From positions 1,120,001 to 1,184,000 of the forward strand of contig CAWDVR010000002.1 in NCBI GenBank assembly GCA_963805975.1: a stretch of 64,000 nt of DNA, written 5' to 3'. The translations under genes were made by a program, and so were the position numbers. The notes under the pieces were generated by a model. That model did not search any database. It worked only from the letters and a program-made list of their open reading frames with translations, and was not told the origin of the DNA. Every line of letters begins with the position of its first letter. Position 1 is the stretch's first letter. The DNA comes from an uncultured Acidobacteriota bacterium (GTDB taxonomy: Bacteria; Acidobacteriota; Thermoanaerobaculia; Multivoradales; SZUA-115). This document shows, piece after piece, positions 9,959 to 20,864 of the stretch.

Positions 9959-10005
9959 CAGGGCGCAGGTCTCCCTCATGACAGGGCGCAGGTCTCCCGC
10001 ATGAC
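9941..10005 (+). repeat. 23-bp tandem repeat (CGCAGGTCTCCCTCATGACAGGG, about 2.8 copies) at the ruvX/mltG junction
   Basis: Units start at 9941, 9964 and 9987; each contains ATGA. Confidence 0.95.
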
Positions 10006-11089
10006 CGCCAAGAAGACGAAACCGCGCCGGGCCGAGAGGGGCTGCGGCTGCGCCACCGTCAAGCTCGCCCTGCTCTTCCTGCTGGTGGCGGGCGCCGGCG
10101 GCTATTGGGTGTGGCAGTCGCTCGGCCGGCCCTACCAGGGCTTCGCGGGCGAGTCGACCCGACTGACCATCGAGCCGGGCACCCCGGCGGTCGCCATCCT
10201 CGAGCAGCTCGAGAGGGGCGGCGTGCTTCCCAACGCCTTCCTCGCCCGCGGCTATCTCGTCTACTGGCTGGGCGATCCGCCCCTCCAGGCCGGCCAGTAC
10301 GAGTTCGTGGCGCCCTCGAGCCCGCGGCAGGTGCTCGCCAAGCTGGTCGCGGGCGACGTGGTGCGGGCGAGCGTGACCGTGGTCGAGGGGCTGACCCTGG
10401 TCGAGACCGCCGAGCACCTGGCGCGCGAGGGCTTCGGCAGCCGCGAGGCCCTGCTCGCCGCCATGCGCTCGCCGCAGCCGATCTCCGATCTCGACCCGGA
10501 GGCCCTGGACCTCGAGGGCTATCTCTTCCCGGACACCTACAGCCTGGCGGAGGGCATGCCGCCGCGCGCGGTGGTCGCCGCCATGGTGGCGAACTTCCGC
10601 ACCCGGTACCGGGAGGAGATCGCGCCTGGGCTGCCGGCCCAGGGGGGCCTGACGCTCCGCCGGCTGGTGACGCTCGCCTCGATCGTCGAAAAGGAGGCGC
10701 AGCGGCCGGAGGAACGGCCGCTGATCGCCGCCGTCTACCGCAACCGGCTGCGCGATGGGATCGGTCTCTACGCCGACCCGACGGTGATCTACGCGCTGAA
10801 GCGCCTCGAGCGCTGGAACGGCAACCTGACGCGGGCCGACCTGGCGCTCGACTCGCCCTACAACACCTACCGCTACGGCGGCCTGCCGCCCGGACCGATC
10901 GCCTCGCCCGGCCTCGCGAGCCTCGCCGCGGCGGCCAACCCGGCCCCCGCCACCTACCTCTACTTCGTCAGCCGGAACGACGGCTCCCACGTCTTCGCGG
11001 ACACGCTCGCCGAGCACAACCGCAACGTCGACCGCTGGCAGCGGCAGTACTGGCGCGAGCGCTGGGCGGCCGAGGGCCGAGGGCGGTAG
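10001..11089 (+). CDS. mltG: Endolytic transglycosylase MltG (YceG)
   Basis: N-terminal TM; LEGYLFPDTY, LASIVEKE, SPYNTY..GLPPGPIASPG and YLYFV motifs. Confidence 0.95.
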   Translation: MTAKKTKPRRAERGCGCATVKLALLFLLVAGAGGYWVWQSLGRPYQGFAGESTRLTIEPGTPAVAILEQLERGGVLPNAFLARGYLVYWLGDPPLQAGQYEFVAPSSPRQVLAKLVAGDVVRASVTVVEGLTLVETAEHLAREGFGSREALLAAMRSPQPISDLDPEALDLEGYLFPDTYSLAEGMPPRAVVAAMVANFRTRYREEIAPGLPAQGGLTLRRLVTLASIVEKEAQRPEERPLIAAVYRNRLRDGIGLYADPTVIYALKRLERWNGNLTRADLALDSPYNTYRYGGLPPGPIASPGLASLAAAANPAPATYLYFVSRNDGSHVFADTLAEHNRNVDRWQRQYWRERWAAEGRGR

Positions 11090-11209
11090 CCCCTCACCCC
11101 GACCCTCTCCCCGCTCACGCGGGGCGAGGGCGCCACCACCCGCCGGAGCGAAAGCCTTTCCTCTCCGGTTCCCTCGCCCCGCTTGCGGGGAGAGGGCCAG
11201 GGTGAGGGG
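11090..11209. repeat. Palindromic REP/RPE-like element (CCCCTCACCC..CCCTCTCCCC..GGGG.GAGGG), full two-arm copy
   Basis: Terminal inverted repeats CCCCTCACCC/GGGTGAGGGG plus an internal hairpin in each arm; related copies at 14501, 33668, 53126 and 55198. Confidence 0.85.
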
Positions 11210-11328
11210 TGCTGCTGACAGGGCACTCCTGCTGATATAACAAGGCGACATTCGAGACGACGACGGCACGAGCCGCGTTCCTCCGGGCGAGGAACGCCGG
11301 CCGCGCCGCCGTCTCCGAGGGAGGCCCA

Positions 11329-13308
11329 ATGAACGCTCGTGATGTGACCGGCCGGGAAGAGTTTGGCAGCTACACCTTGCTCAAGAAGCTCGCCGAGGAC
11401 CCCCTGGGCGAGACCTTCCGCGCCGGGAGGATCGGCGCCAAGGGCATGGAGCAGGTGGTGCTCCTGCGTGTTTTCAACGGCCCGAGCGTCGAGCCCGACG
11501 CCCTCTGGCGCCAGCTCGCGAACCGTGGCGCCGTGCAGGAAGCGCTCAAGAGCCCGAACGTCGGCAGCGGCGTCGAGCTGGGACGGGTGCGCAACGTGCC
11601 GTTCGTCGCCTACGACTACATCTCCGGCAAGAGCCTGGCCTCGCTCCTGGCCCAGATCAGCCACGAGCGCTCGCCGCTGCCCACCGACCACGCCCTGCTG
11701 ATCGCCGAGCGCATCGCGCTCGGGCTCTCGGTGGGCTACGAGACCAAGGTGCAGGAGCAGCGCATCCTGCACGGCTTCCTGGTGCCCCCGCTGCTGATGC
11801 TCGGCAACGAGGGCGACATGCGGGTGCTCGGCTTCGAGGCCGCGCCCGGCCTGCGCGAGGTGGTGAAGACCGGCTCCCTCGCGCCCGAGGTCGCGCGCTT
11901 CCTCGCTCCCGAAACCCTGTCCGGGGCCCCCCTCCACCGCGCCGACGACGTCTACTCGCTGGGCTCGATCCTCTTCGAGCTGCTGACCGGCCAGCCGCTG
12001 CCGAGCGGCGCGGGCGCGCGCGGTGTCGACGGCGCGCGGCTCGCCGGCGAGGGCACGCCCATCCCCGCCGAGATCGCCAACCTGATCAAGCGCAGCCTCG
12101 CCCCGCAGGCCGAGCGCATCCCCGACGTGGTGACCTGGCACCGCCTGCTGTCGAAGCTGATGATCGACAGCCAGTACAGCGCCACCACCTTCAATCTCGC
12201 CTTCTTCATGCACAACCTCTTCCGCGACGAGATCGACCGCGAGAGCAAGGAGATCGAGAAGGAGAAGACGCTGGCGCTGCCGCGGCGCGAAGTGCTGGCC
12301 GCCGCCGCGGCGGCCGGCCACGGCCAGTCGGCGACGGTGGAGATGAGGCCGGGCGCGCCGAGCCCGGCGTTCGGCGCCCACGACGCCGACGCGCGCGACT
12401 CCGCGGCCAAGGGCGGCAACATGGCGCTCTGGGGAGGGCTCGCGGCGCTGGTGCTGATCGGCGGCGGCGCGGGCATCTACTTCGGCCTGATCCGGGACTC
12501 GAAGCCTGCCGCCCAGACCGAAACGTCGCCCGTACAGGACACCGCGGCGCCGGTCTCGACCGAGGAGACGGCGCCGGCGACAGGGGAGCCCACAGCCGAC
12601 GCCACGGTGACGGCCCAGGCCCCCGACGCACAGTCGGACCTCAACGCCCAGCTCGAGAAGCTCCTCGCCGAGCGCATGGCGGCGATGGAGAAATCCGTCC
12701 GCGCCCAGTACGACGAGAAGATCCGCGGCCTGCAGCAGTCGATCGATCAGTCGCAGCGGGCCTCGGCGGAACGGCCCGCCGGCGCCACCGAGGCCGGCAA
12801 ACCACCGGCAGGGGCCGTCGAGCCGGCGCCGGCGACTTCCGGTGCCGCGAACCCGGACGGCGCGGCGAGCGCCCCGGCGGGAGGGCCTGCGGTGGCCGAC
12901 ACCACGAGCGCCGACACCGTTCCCGAGCCGGCGCCCGCCGCCGCGGACTCGGTACCCGCCCCCTCGCCGACCACCGCCGCCGAGCCGCAGCGCCGCCAGG
13001 TGCGGGTGGGCGATCTCGTCGAGGCCGGCCCCGGGGTGATCGCGCCCCGCATCAAGAACATGCCCAACCCGGTCTACCCGCCCGCCGCCAGGCGGCTCAA
13101 CAAATCCTCGGTGGTGCCGGTCCGGGTGCGCGCGCTGGTGGACGAAAACGGCCGTGTGACCCGGGCCGAGCTGGGCGGGCCGGACCCCGGATTCGGATTC
13201 GGGGACGCGGCGCTCGCCGCCGCGCGCTCCGCCCGCTTCGAACCCGCCACCCTGCAAGGGGTGCGGGTCAAGATGTGGAAGCCGTTCACGGTGGAGTTCA
13301 AACCGTAG
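11329..13308 (+). CDS. Degenerate Ser/Thr kinase-like domain - TM - Pro/Ala spacer - TonB C-terminal domain fusion
   Basis: APE and DVYSLGSILFELLTG kinase subdomains retained; single TM; C-terminal PVYPPAAR..VDENGRV..F.PA TonB_C motif; GGAGG RBS. Confidence 0.8.
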   Translation: MNARDVTGREEFGSYTLLKKLAEDPLGETFRAGRIGAKGMEQVVLLRVFNGPSVEPDALWRQLANRGAVQEALKSPNVGSGVELGRVRNVPFVAYDYISGKSLASLLAQISHERSPLPTDHALLIAERIALGLSVGYETKVQEQRILHGFLVPPLLMLGNEGDMRVLGFEAAPGLREVVKTGSLAPEVARFLAPETLSGAPLHRADDVYSLGSILFELLTGQPLPSGAGARGVDGARLAGEGTPIPAEIANLIKRSLAPQAERIPDVVTWHRLLSKLMIDSQYSATTFNLAFFMHNLFRDEIDRESKEIEKEKTLALPRREVLAAAAAAGHGQSATVEMRPGAPSPAFGAHDADARDSAAKGGNMALWGGLAALVLIGGGAGIYFGLIRDSKPAAQTETSPVQDTAAPVSTEETAPATGEPTADATVTAQAPDAQSDLNAQLEKLLAERMAAMEKSVRAQYDEKIRGLQQSIDQSQRASAERPAGATEAGKPPAGAVEPAPATSGAANPDGAASAPAGGPAVADTTSADTVPEPAPAAADSVPAPSPTTAAEPQRRQVRVGDLVEAGPGVIAPRIKNMPNPVYPPAARRLNKSSVVPVRVRALVDENGRVTRAELGGPDPGFGFGDAALAAARSARFEPATLQGVRVKMWKPFTVEFKP

Positions 13309-13402
13309 GGTAGAGCCAGAAACGGCATGCGCTGAGCATCCGCGCTCTGAACGCCAGAGGACCGTGGCCAACTCCGGCGGCGTCCCGTGGGAGGAGAACA
13401 GA

Positions 13403-14425
13403 ATGAGACCCGAATTCACGCGCGCGTTGTTAGTACTCTTGGTATCGAGCTTCGCATCTGCCAACTCATACGCCGTTTGCGACTACGGCCCAGACACCTG
13501 CCTGTTCGGATTCGTGTGGCGGGAAGCGTTCCCTGGTGATCACGTTTGCGTAACAGGCGCTACTCGCGATCAGGCAAGGAGTGACAACAACCTGGCTGAC
13601 CAGAGAAGATCGCCGACAGGCGGAGACACATGCTTACCCGGATTCGTGTGGCGGGAAGCGTCGCCTACCGATCATGTCTGCGTGCTCGGAAGCACGCGCA
13701 CGGAGGCGGCTTCAGATAATGCTCAGGCAGGCGCCCGAAGAGATCCGCAATGCGCCGATCCATCGCTAAGCGACAGTTCGGCGCCCAGTTTCATCGAGAA
13801 CACGATTACCTTTGTACGTGTCTCGGACAATCTTCAGGTCGGGTCAGAAGTCATACCGCCTGCCGGATTGACAAAATCATCAGTGGCCCGAGATCGACGA
13901 TTTGTAGTAGCAGCTTCTGCGGGCGACAACGAGAGCGGCATCGCCAGCATACGCCTGCAAGGTGGAATAGGCTGGAACTGCACACCGCGCCTCGAGGGCG
14001 TGGGCACCAATCAACAAGGGTCGCTGGGCGCGCCGTCTGATGAAGAAAAAGATAACACCAGCACACCGGGAAATCCGCTGCTGCGAAGCGCTCATTTCAC
14101 CATCGATCCTTTTGAGGGCAATCCCTTGCGCCTGGTTTGCCCATGCACCAACGATTCCGGGCCGCTCACGGTCAGCATCACGTTGGCTGCACGCAACGGG
14201 AAGGGACTGGAAACAACTTCTCCACCAATTACGGTGGAGTACTCCCCCCAATTACCGACCTGCGGTGTTGCGTCGGGTGCAATTTGTGGCAACAATGTGC
14301 TCGGCCAGGTCCTGACTTGCACAGACGGCCGGAGCTGCGACTTCAAAAGGTCTACGGTTTGCTCGGGATGGTGGATATTCAGAACCTGCGACAAAATTCA
14401 GACAACAGACATGTTCTGTCCGTAG
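13403..14425 (+). CDS. Secreted Cys-rich protein with two DTCL.GFVWREA.P.DHVCV repeats
   Basis: GGAGGAG RBS and ATG at 13403, signal peptide, two approximately 44-aa repeats, Cys-rich C-terminus; visibly lower GC than the flanks. Confidence 0.75.
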   Translation: MRPEFTRALLVLLVSSFASANSYAVCDYGPDTCLFGFVWREAFPGDHVCVTGATRDQARSDNNLADQRRSPTGGDTCLPGFVWREASPTDHVCVLGSTRTEAASDNAQAGARRDPQCADPSLSDSSAPSFIENTITFVRVSDNLQVGSEVIPPAGLTKSSVARDRRFVVAASAGDNESGIASIRLQGGIGWNCTPRLEGVGTNQQGSLGAPSDEEKDNTSTPGNPLLRSAHFTIDPFEGNPLRLVCPCTNDSGPLTVSITLAARNGKGLETTSPPITVEYSPQLPTCGVASGAICGNNVLGQVLTCTDGRSCDFKRSTVCSGWWIFRTCDKIQTTDMFCP

Positions 14426-14500
14426 GTACTGCTCGAGACCGCCGCGAACGGCGGAATCGGCCGCTACAGGCGTCCTCTCAGAGTCTCCGGTCACACTCTG

Positions 14501-14543
14501 GCCCCTCTCCCCGCGTGGGCGGGGAGAGGGCTGGGGTGAGGGG
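14501..14543. repeat. Palindromic element, single-arm copy between convergent genes
   Basis: CCCCTCTCCCCGC..GCGGGGAGAGGG..GGGGTGAGGGG, same family as 11090-11209. Confidence 0.8.
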
Positions 14544-14549
14544 TCTGTC

Positions 14550-15176
14550 CTACAGGTCGGCGGCCTTGATGCTGGCCACCAACTGCTGCACCACCGGCTT
14601 CATCACCTTGTCGAACTGGCGCTCGTCGCCCTGCACACCGCCGCCGAAGCCGCCCACCGAGAGCTTGAAGGCCGTGTCCTCGCCGCGCGCCTCGTCCGCC
14701 CACAGGATCTCGCCGGTGGTGGTGTCGATGATGCGCGCGTTGGCCGCGGCGACGAAGGTCTTCTTGCCGCCCGAGAAGCCCGGCAGCCCGCGCACGCCCG
14801 GCCCGTGAGCGCCGGTCTCGGTGGCGCCGTACTCGGTGACCGCGCCGGTCAGGAAGTACTGCACGCCGATGAGCTTGCCGGCCTTGATGGCGGTCTTGGG
14901 ATCGACGTCGCCGGACAGCGAGAGGTTCTTCTCGGCCAGCAGGGCATCGAGCTGCTCGCGGTCCATGACCCGGAACTTGCCGCTCTTGACCAGCTCGGTG
15001 ACGAACACGTCCTGCATCGCAGCGGAGCCGCCGTGCCACCAGTACTGGCCATCCGCCTTGTTCTTGAACTCCAGAACGGCGATGCGGGGCTTGCCGTCGC
15101 TGGCCGCCGTGGCCAGGGGGACGACCGCCAGCGCGACCAGCGCGGCAACGATCAGCAGGGAAAGCACCTTCTTCAT
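14550..15176 (-). CDS. CsgG/HfaB family protein
   Basis: Start MKKVLSLL (signal peptide) with AGGAGG RBS; 'KPRIAVLEF', 'FRVMDRE.LDALLAE..L', 'GKLIGVQY..TGAVTEYG', 'ARIIDTTTGEIL'. Confidence 0.8.
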   Translation of the reverse strand: MKKVLSLLIVAALVALAVVPLATAASDGKPRIAVLEFKNKADGQYWWHGGSAAMQDVFVTELVKSGKFRVMDREQLDALLAEKNLSLSGDVDPKTAIKAGKLIGVQYFLTGAVTEYGATETGAHGPGVRGLPGFSGGKKTFVAAANARIIDTTTGEILWADEARGEDTAFKLSVGGFGGGVQGDERQFDKVMKPVVQQLVASIKAADL

Positions 15177-15398
15177 GGCTTGAAACCTCCTGTTGGCACC
15201 CATCATGGGGTGTTCGTACTGTGCTCGGAAAGCGCGCGCTCGGCGCCGTCCCGGCTCTTCGTCGAATCGCTCATGGAACGCGCTACAGCTTACTCCAACT
15301 CCTGGCCGGCCGCGAGACAGCCGGCTCAACGCGACCGGCATTTGCGATAGCCTCTCGCGGTCCGCCGCCCGACTCCGACCGCGAACCCGAGCGCCCTC

Positions 15399-16187
15399 AT
15401 GCCAGCCGCCCGCACCTACAGCAACTACCTCAAGCTCGACGAGCTCCTCGTCCTCCAGCAGCCCCTGTCCGACGGGCCGGAGCACGACGAGATGCTCTTC
15501 ATCGTCATCCACCAGGTCTACGAGCTGTGGTTCAAGCAGGTTCTCTGGGAGCTCGACTGGCTGCGCCAGGCCCTGCTCGAGAATCGCGCCCCCCGTGCTC
15601 TCGCCACCTTCAAGCGCATCCTCACCATCATGAAGACGCTGGTGGCGCAGATCGACGTCCTCGAAACCATGACCCCGGTCTCCTTCGGGTCCTTCCGTGC
15701 CCGGCTCGACGCCGCGAGCGGCTTCCAATCCCGGCAGTTCCGCGAGATCGAGTGGGTGCTCGGCACACGCCGGTCGGCCCGTCTCGCGAGCTTTCCGGAG
15801 GGTGAAGAAGACCGCCGCCGTCTCGAGGCCCGCCTCGCCGAGCCCTCGCTCTACGACACTTTCCTCCGCTTCCTGGCCGCCAACGGCGAGCCCGTACCGG
15901 CCGAGGCCTTCGGGCGCGAGCCCGCCGCGCCGCCTTTCGAGGACGAGCGCGTGCGCCGGATCCTGATCGGCATCTACCGCGAGAACCCCGCCCTGCGCGA
16001 GGTCTGCGAGCGCATGGTGGACCTCGACGAGGGCCTCCAGGAGTGGCGCTACCGGCATATCAAGATGGTGCAGCGCACGATCGGTACCAAGCGGGGCACC
16101 GGCGGCTCGCCCGGGGCCGAGTATCTGAAGACCACGCTCTTCGACCCTCTCTTCCCGGACCTCTGGACCATGCGGGCCGACCTCTGA
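15399..16187 (+). CDS. kynA: Tryptophan 2,3-dioxygenase
   Basis: TYSNYLKLDELL, HDEMLFIVIHQVYELWFKQ, SGFQS.QFR, WRYRH..MVQRTIG.KRGTGGS.G motifs. Confidence 0.95.
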   Translation: MPAARTYSNYLKLDELLVLQQPLSDGPEHDEMLFIVIHQVYELWFKQVLWELDWLRQALLENRAPRALATFKRILTIMKTLVAQIDVLETMTPVSFGSFRARLDAASGFQSRQFREIEWVLGTRRSARLASFPEGEEDRRRLEARLAEPSLYDTFLRFLAANGEPVPAEAFGREPAAPPFEDERVRRILIGIYRENPALREVCERMVDLDEGLQEWRYRHIKMVQRTIGTKRGTGGSPGAEYLKTTLFDPLFPDLWTMRADL

Positions 16188-16265
16188 GCGGCTCCGGCAA
16201 ACCCATCTCTCCCAGCAACCTATCCGCTCTTTCCCGCTTCGCGGGGCCAGGGCTCTGAGATCATC

Positions 16266-17462
16266 GTGCATCCTCGGGACCTCGCATCTACGCCCAACCC
16301 GCTCGCCCCGCACTACTCGCGCTTCCGGGTCGGGGAACGGCTGCTCCTCACCGGGCACTCCCACCAGGCTTGGCCGGACCTGGCCCTCGAGGGCCAGGTG
16401 GAGGCCTTCCACGATGCCGCGGAGCGGGTGGACGAGAAGTGGGAGCGCGCCTTCGCCAAGGCGGCGCGGTTGAAGCGGGGCATCGCCCGCTTTCTGGACG
16501 ACGACGCAGGCACCTATGCGCTGGGCGCGAGCACGCACGATCTCGTGGTGCGGTTCCTCTCGGCCCTGCCGCTCGCCCGCCGGCCGCGGTTGGTGACCAC
16601 GGACGGCGAGTTTCACACCTTGCGGCGCCAGCTCGCGCGGCTGGCCGAGGAAGGTGTCGAGGTGGTCCGCGTGGCCGCCGAGCCGGCCGAGAGCGTCGCT
16701 TCACGGCTGATCGCGGCGCTGGACGAGCGGACCGCGGCGGTGCTCGCCTCGTCGGTCTTCTTCGGCAGCGGGCGGATCGCCCTGGGCCTGGGCGAGGTGC
16801 TGGCAGCCTGCCGGCGCGCCGGGGCCGAGCTGCTGGTCGACGCCTACCACTCGCTGGGGGTCGTACCGCTGTCGGTCCCCGGCGAGGAGCTGGACGGCGC
16901 CTTCCTCCTAGGCGGCGGCTACAAGTACCTGCAGATGGGTGAGGGCAACTGCTTCCTGCGGGTGCCGCCGGGCCGGGACCTGCGCCCGGTGGTGACCGGC
17001 TGGTTCGCCGAGTTCGAGGCCCTGGCCCAGGGCCATGACCCGAACGAGGTGGCCTACGGCGCCGGCGCCGCCGCCTTCGCCGGCGCCACCTACGATCCCA
17101 CCAGCCACTACCGGGCCGCCGCGGTGCTCGACTTCTGGGACGAGCACGGTCTCAAGCCCGGCCTGCTCCGCGCCGTGAGCCAGCGCCAGGTGGGTCTCCT
17201 CGCCGAGCGCTTCGACGCCCTCGACCTGCCGCCCGCGCTCGTCACCCGCGACCGCGTGCCCATCTCGTACCTCGGCGGCTTCCTCGCCCTCACCTCGCCG
17301 CGCGCCGGCGAGCTCTCGGCCGCGCTCTCGGACCGCGGCGTGATGACCGACTTCCGCGCCAACGTCCTCCGCCTCGGCCCCGCGCCCTACCTCTCCGACG
17401 CGCAGCTCGAGGACGCGATGGCGCGCCTCGGCGAGGCCGCGCGAAGCCTCGCCGACCGCTAG
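16266..17462 (+). CDS. kynU: Kynureninase (PLP-dependent, class V)
   Basis: GHSHQAWP, LLVDAYHS, GGGYKYL (PLP Lys), GWFA; directly downstream of kynA. Confidence 0.85.
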   Translation: MHPRDLASTPNPLAPHYSRFRVGERLLLTGHSHQAWPDLALEGQVEAFHDAAERVDEKWERAFAKAARLKRGIARFLDDDAGTYALGASTHDLVVRFLSALPLARRPRLVTTDGEFHTLRRQLARLAEEGVEVVRVAAEPAESVASRLIAALDERTAAVLASSVFFGSGRIALGLGEVLAACRRAGAELLVDAYHSLGVVPLSVPGEELDGAFLLGGGYKYLQMGEGNCFLRVPPGRDLRPVVTGWFAEFEALAQGHDPNEVAYGAGAAAFAGATYDPTSHYRAAAVLDFWDEHGLKPGLLRAVSQRQVGLLAERFDALDLPPALVTRDRVPISYLGGFLALTSPRAGELSAALSDRGVMTDFRANVLRLGPAPYLSDAQLEDAMARLGEAARSLADR

Positions 17463-17473
17463 AATCCCTCGTC

Positions 17474-19063
<1,590 letters not shown>

Positions 19064-19069
19064 GCACCC

Positions 19070-20599
19070 TCAGGGATCGATCTTTTCTCGCCACGCGGCC
19101 GGCAGCCTGCTGATGGGCAGGATGTAGCCGAGCTGGGAGTAGACCTCGGCGTCCTCCACCGTGGCGGACGGTACGCCGATCAGGCGATAAGCGCCGTCGA
19201 GCGCCGCGCCGCCCGAGTTGCCGGAGCCGATCTCGGCATCGGTCTTCAGCACCACGCCGGCCTCGGTGGTGTCGAAGCCGCTGATCACGCCTCGGGTCAG
19301 GGTCACCGACACGCGGCTGCCGAGCCCCCCGGCGCCGGGGAACCCCAGCACGGTCACCGGATCACCGATCGCCACCGCCTCGGAGCTGCCGCGTTCGAGG
19401 AACGGGAACCGGTAGCCGGCCGGCAGCTCCTGGCCGTAGAGACCGCTCTCGATCTTCACCAGCGCGAGGTCCAGCGCGCGGTCGGCCAGCACCACGCTGC
19501 CACGGAACAGCTCCGCCGGCGGCATCCTGGCGTCGAGGCACAGGCTCACCACCAGCTCTCCACTACCCGCCGGGTTGCCGGTGTCGTCCACCACCACGTG
19601 GAAATTGGTCAGCACCCAGCCGTCCGGAGAGACCAGCGTACCGCTGCCGCTGCCGCTCTGGGTCAGGATCTCGACCGTCGACAGGAGCGCGCGATCGATG
19701 CCCGCGGCCGGCTGGCGCAGCGTGGGGATCGAGAGCAGCTCTGCCGCCGGCTGTGCCGCGAAGCTGGCGTGGGCGGTGAAGCGGGCGAGGTCGAGCTGGA
19801 AGGGGTCGAAGACGCTCACGTACCAGGTGCCGGGGGCGAGCGGCGGGTCGCTCGCCTCGTCGATCAGCAGCGTCTCCCGGCCGAGCAGGCTGTCCGCCAC
19901 ATGGTCGGCATCCTCCGGGTTCAGCACCGCCTGGCCGCGCCGGGCCACCATGTCGAGGTCGCTCGTCACCTGGTCGAGATCGATGCGCAGCGCCGCGGCG
20001 CCCCGCGGCACGTCCACCGTGAAGGTGCGGAACCAGCCGCTGTCGGCGGAAGTCTCCATCGCCCGCGGCTCGCCGGGCACCAGGCGGCCGTCCACGCGGG
20101 AGCGGATCACGGAGGCGGTGATGGTGAATGGGATCTCGTTCACCCGTCGCTTGCGGATCCGCGGCTCCGCCTCCACCGTGTAGGCGACGTCCACGTAGTA
20201 GGTGCCGGGCACGAGCGGCGGCTCGCCGGAGCGCAGGATGGTGAGCGTGTCGTTGTAGAGCCGGGTCGAGGCCTCGTACTCGGCGTCCTCGTCGTAGTTG
20301 GCGAGCGGGCGGTCCCGGCGCGCGAAGAGGTCGAGGTCGACCGGCGCGTCCTCGATCTCGAGGGTCAGCATCATGGCGTCGCCGGGCACCTCGACGATGA
20401 AGCTCTGCCAGAGCTGATCTTCCCAGTCGATGACCGCCGCCTTCGGCCGCCCCAGCTCCAACCGCGTGGCGCTTTCTTCGGCGTCCTCGGCCACGGGCTC
20501 CTGAGCCAAGAGCGGCGTGCCAAGGCCCGCGAGCGCCGTGAGGATCCCCAGCCAGGCCAACAGCGGACCGCCCGCGCAACGCCAAGGGCTCGATTTCAC
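19070..20599 (-). CDS. Exported trypsin-like (S1C) serine protease with two N-terminal PPC-like domains
   Basis: GTG start after AGGAG; signal peptide; two DLD.....PG.YY/WY beta repeats; triad LTNFHVV / DLALVKI / GNSGG. Confidence 0.85.
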   Translation of the reverse strand: MKSSPWRCAGGPLLAWLGILTALAGLGTPLLAQEPVAEDAEESATRLELGRPKAAVIDWEDQLWQSFIVEVPGDAMMLTLEIEDAPVDLDLFARRDRPLANYDEDAEYEASTRLYNDTLTILRSGEPPLVPGTYYVDVAYTVEAEPRIRKRRVNEIPFTITASVIRSRVDGRLVPGEPRAMETSADSGWFRTFTVDVPRGAAALRIDLDQVTSDLDMVARRGQAVLNPEDADHVADSLLGRETLLIDEASDPPLAPGTWYVSVFDPFQLDLARFTAHASFAAQPAAELLSIPTLRQPAAGIDRALLSTVEILTQSGSGSGTLVSPDGWVLTNFHVVVDDTGNPAGSGELVVSLCLDARMPPAELFRGSVVLADRALDLALVKIESGLYGQELPAGYRFPFLERGSSEAVAIGDPVTVLGFPGAGGLGSRVSVTLTRGVISGFDTTEAGVVLKTDAEIGSGNSGGAALDGAYRLIGVPSATVEDAEVYSQLGYILPISRLPAAWREKIDP

Positions 20600-20619
20600 G
20601 CGACGAGTCTCCTGCCAAC

Positions 20620-20650
20620 AAAAAAGCGAGCCGCAAATGCGACTCGCTTT
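20620..20650 (-). terminator. Rho-independent terminator after tRNA-fMet
   Basis: Minus strand AAAGCGAGTCGC-ATTT-GCGGCTCGC followed by TTTTTT. Confidence 0.8.
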
Positions 20651-20657
20651 GACTTGA

Positions 20658-20738
<81 letters not shown>

Positions 20739-20773
20739 TCACAAGGAGCGTCGCCGCTCCTCGAAGAACGGGA

Positions 20774-20802
20774 AGTATCCCAAAACTTGCCGGCGCTGTC
20801 AA
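20774..20802 (-). promoter_or_regulatory. Sigma70 promoter of tRNA-fMet
   Basis: Minus strand TTGACA-17 nt-GATACT, about 35 nt upstream of the tRNA. Confidence 0.7.
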
Positions 20803-20864
20803 AGTCCGGGCAGGGCCTGCGCGCCGCGGGCTCCGTCGAGGTGGCTGTACAATTCGCCGACAGG

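Noticed and set aside
9941-10005. Possible mini CRISPR array
   Set aside because: Units are head-to-tail with no spacers, and there are no cas genes.
14550-16616. 688-aa ORF as a single protein
   Set aside because: Only the last 208 codons are CsgG-like with their own RBS; the rest is antisense to kynA/kynU.
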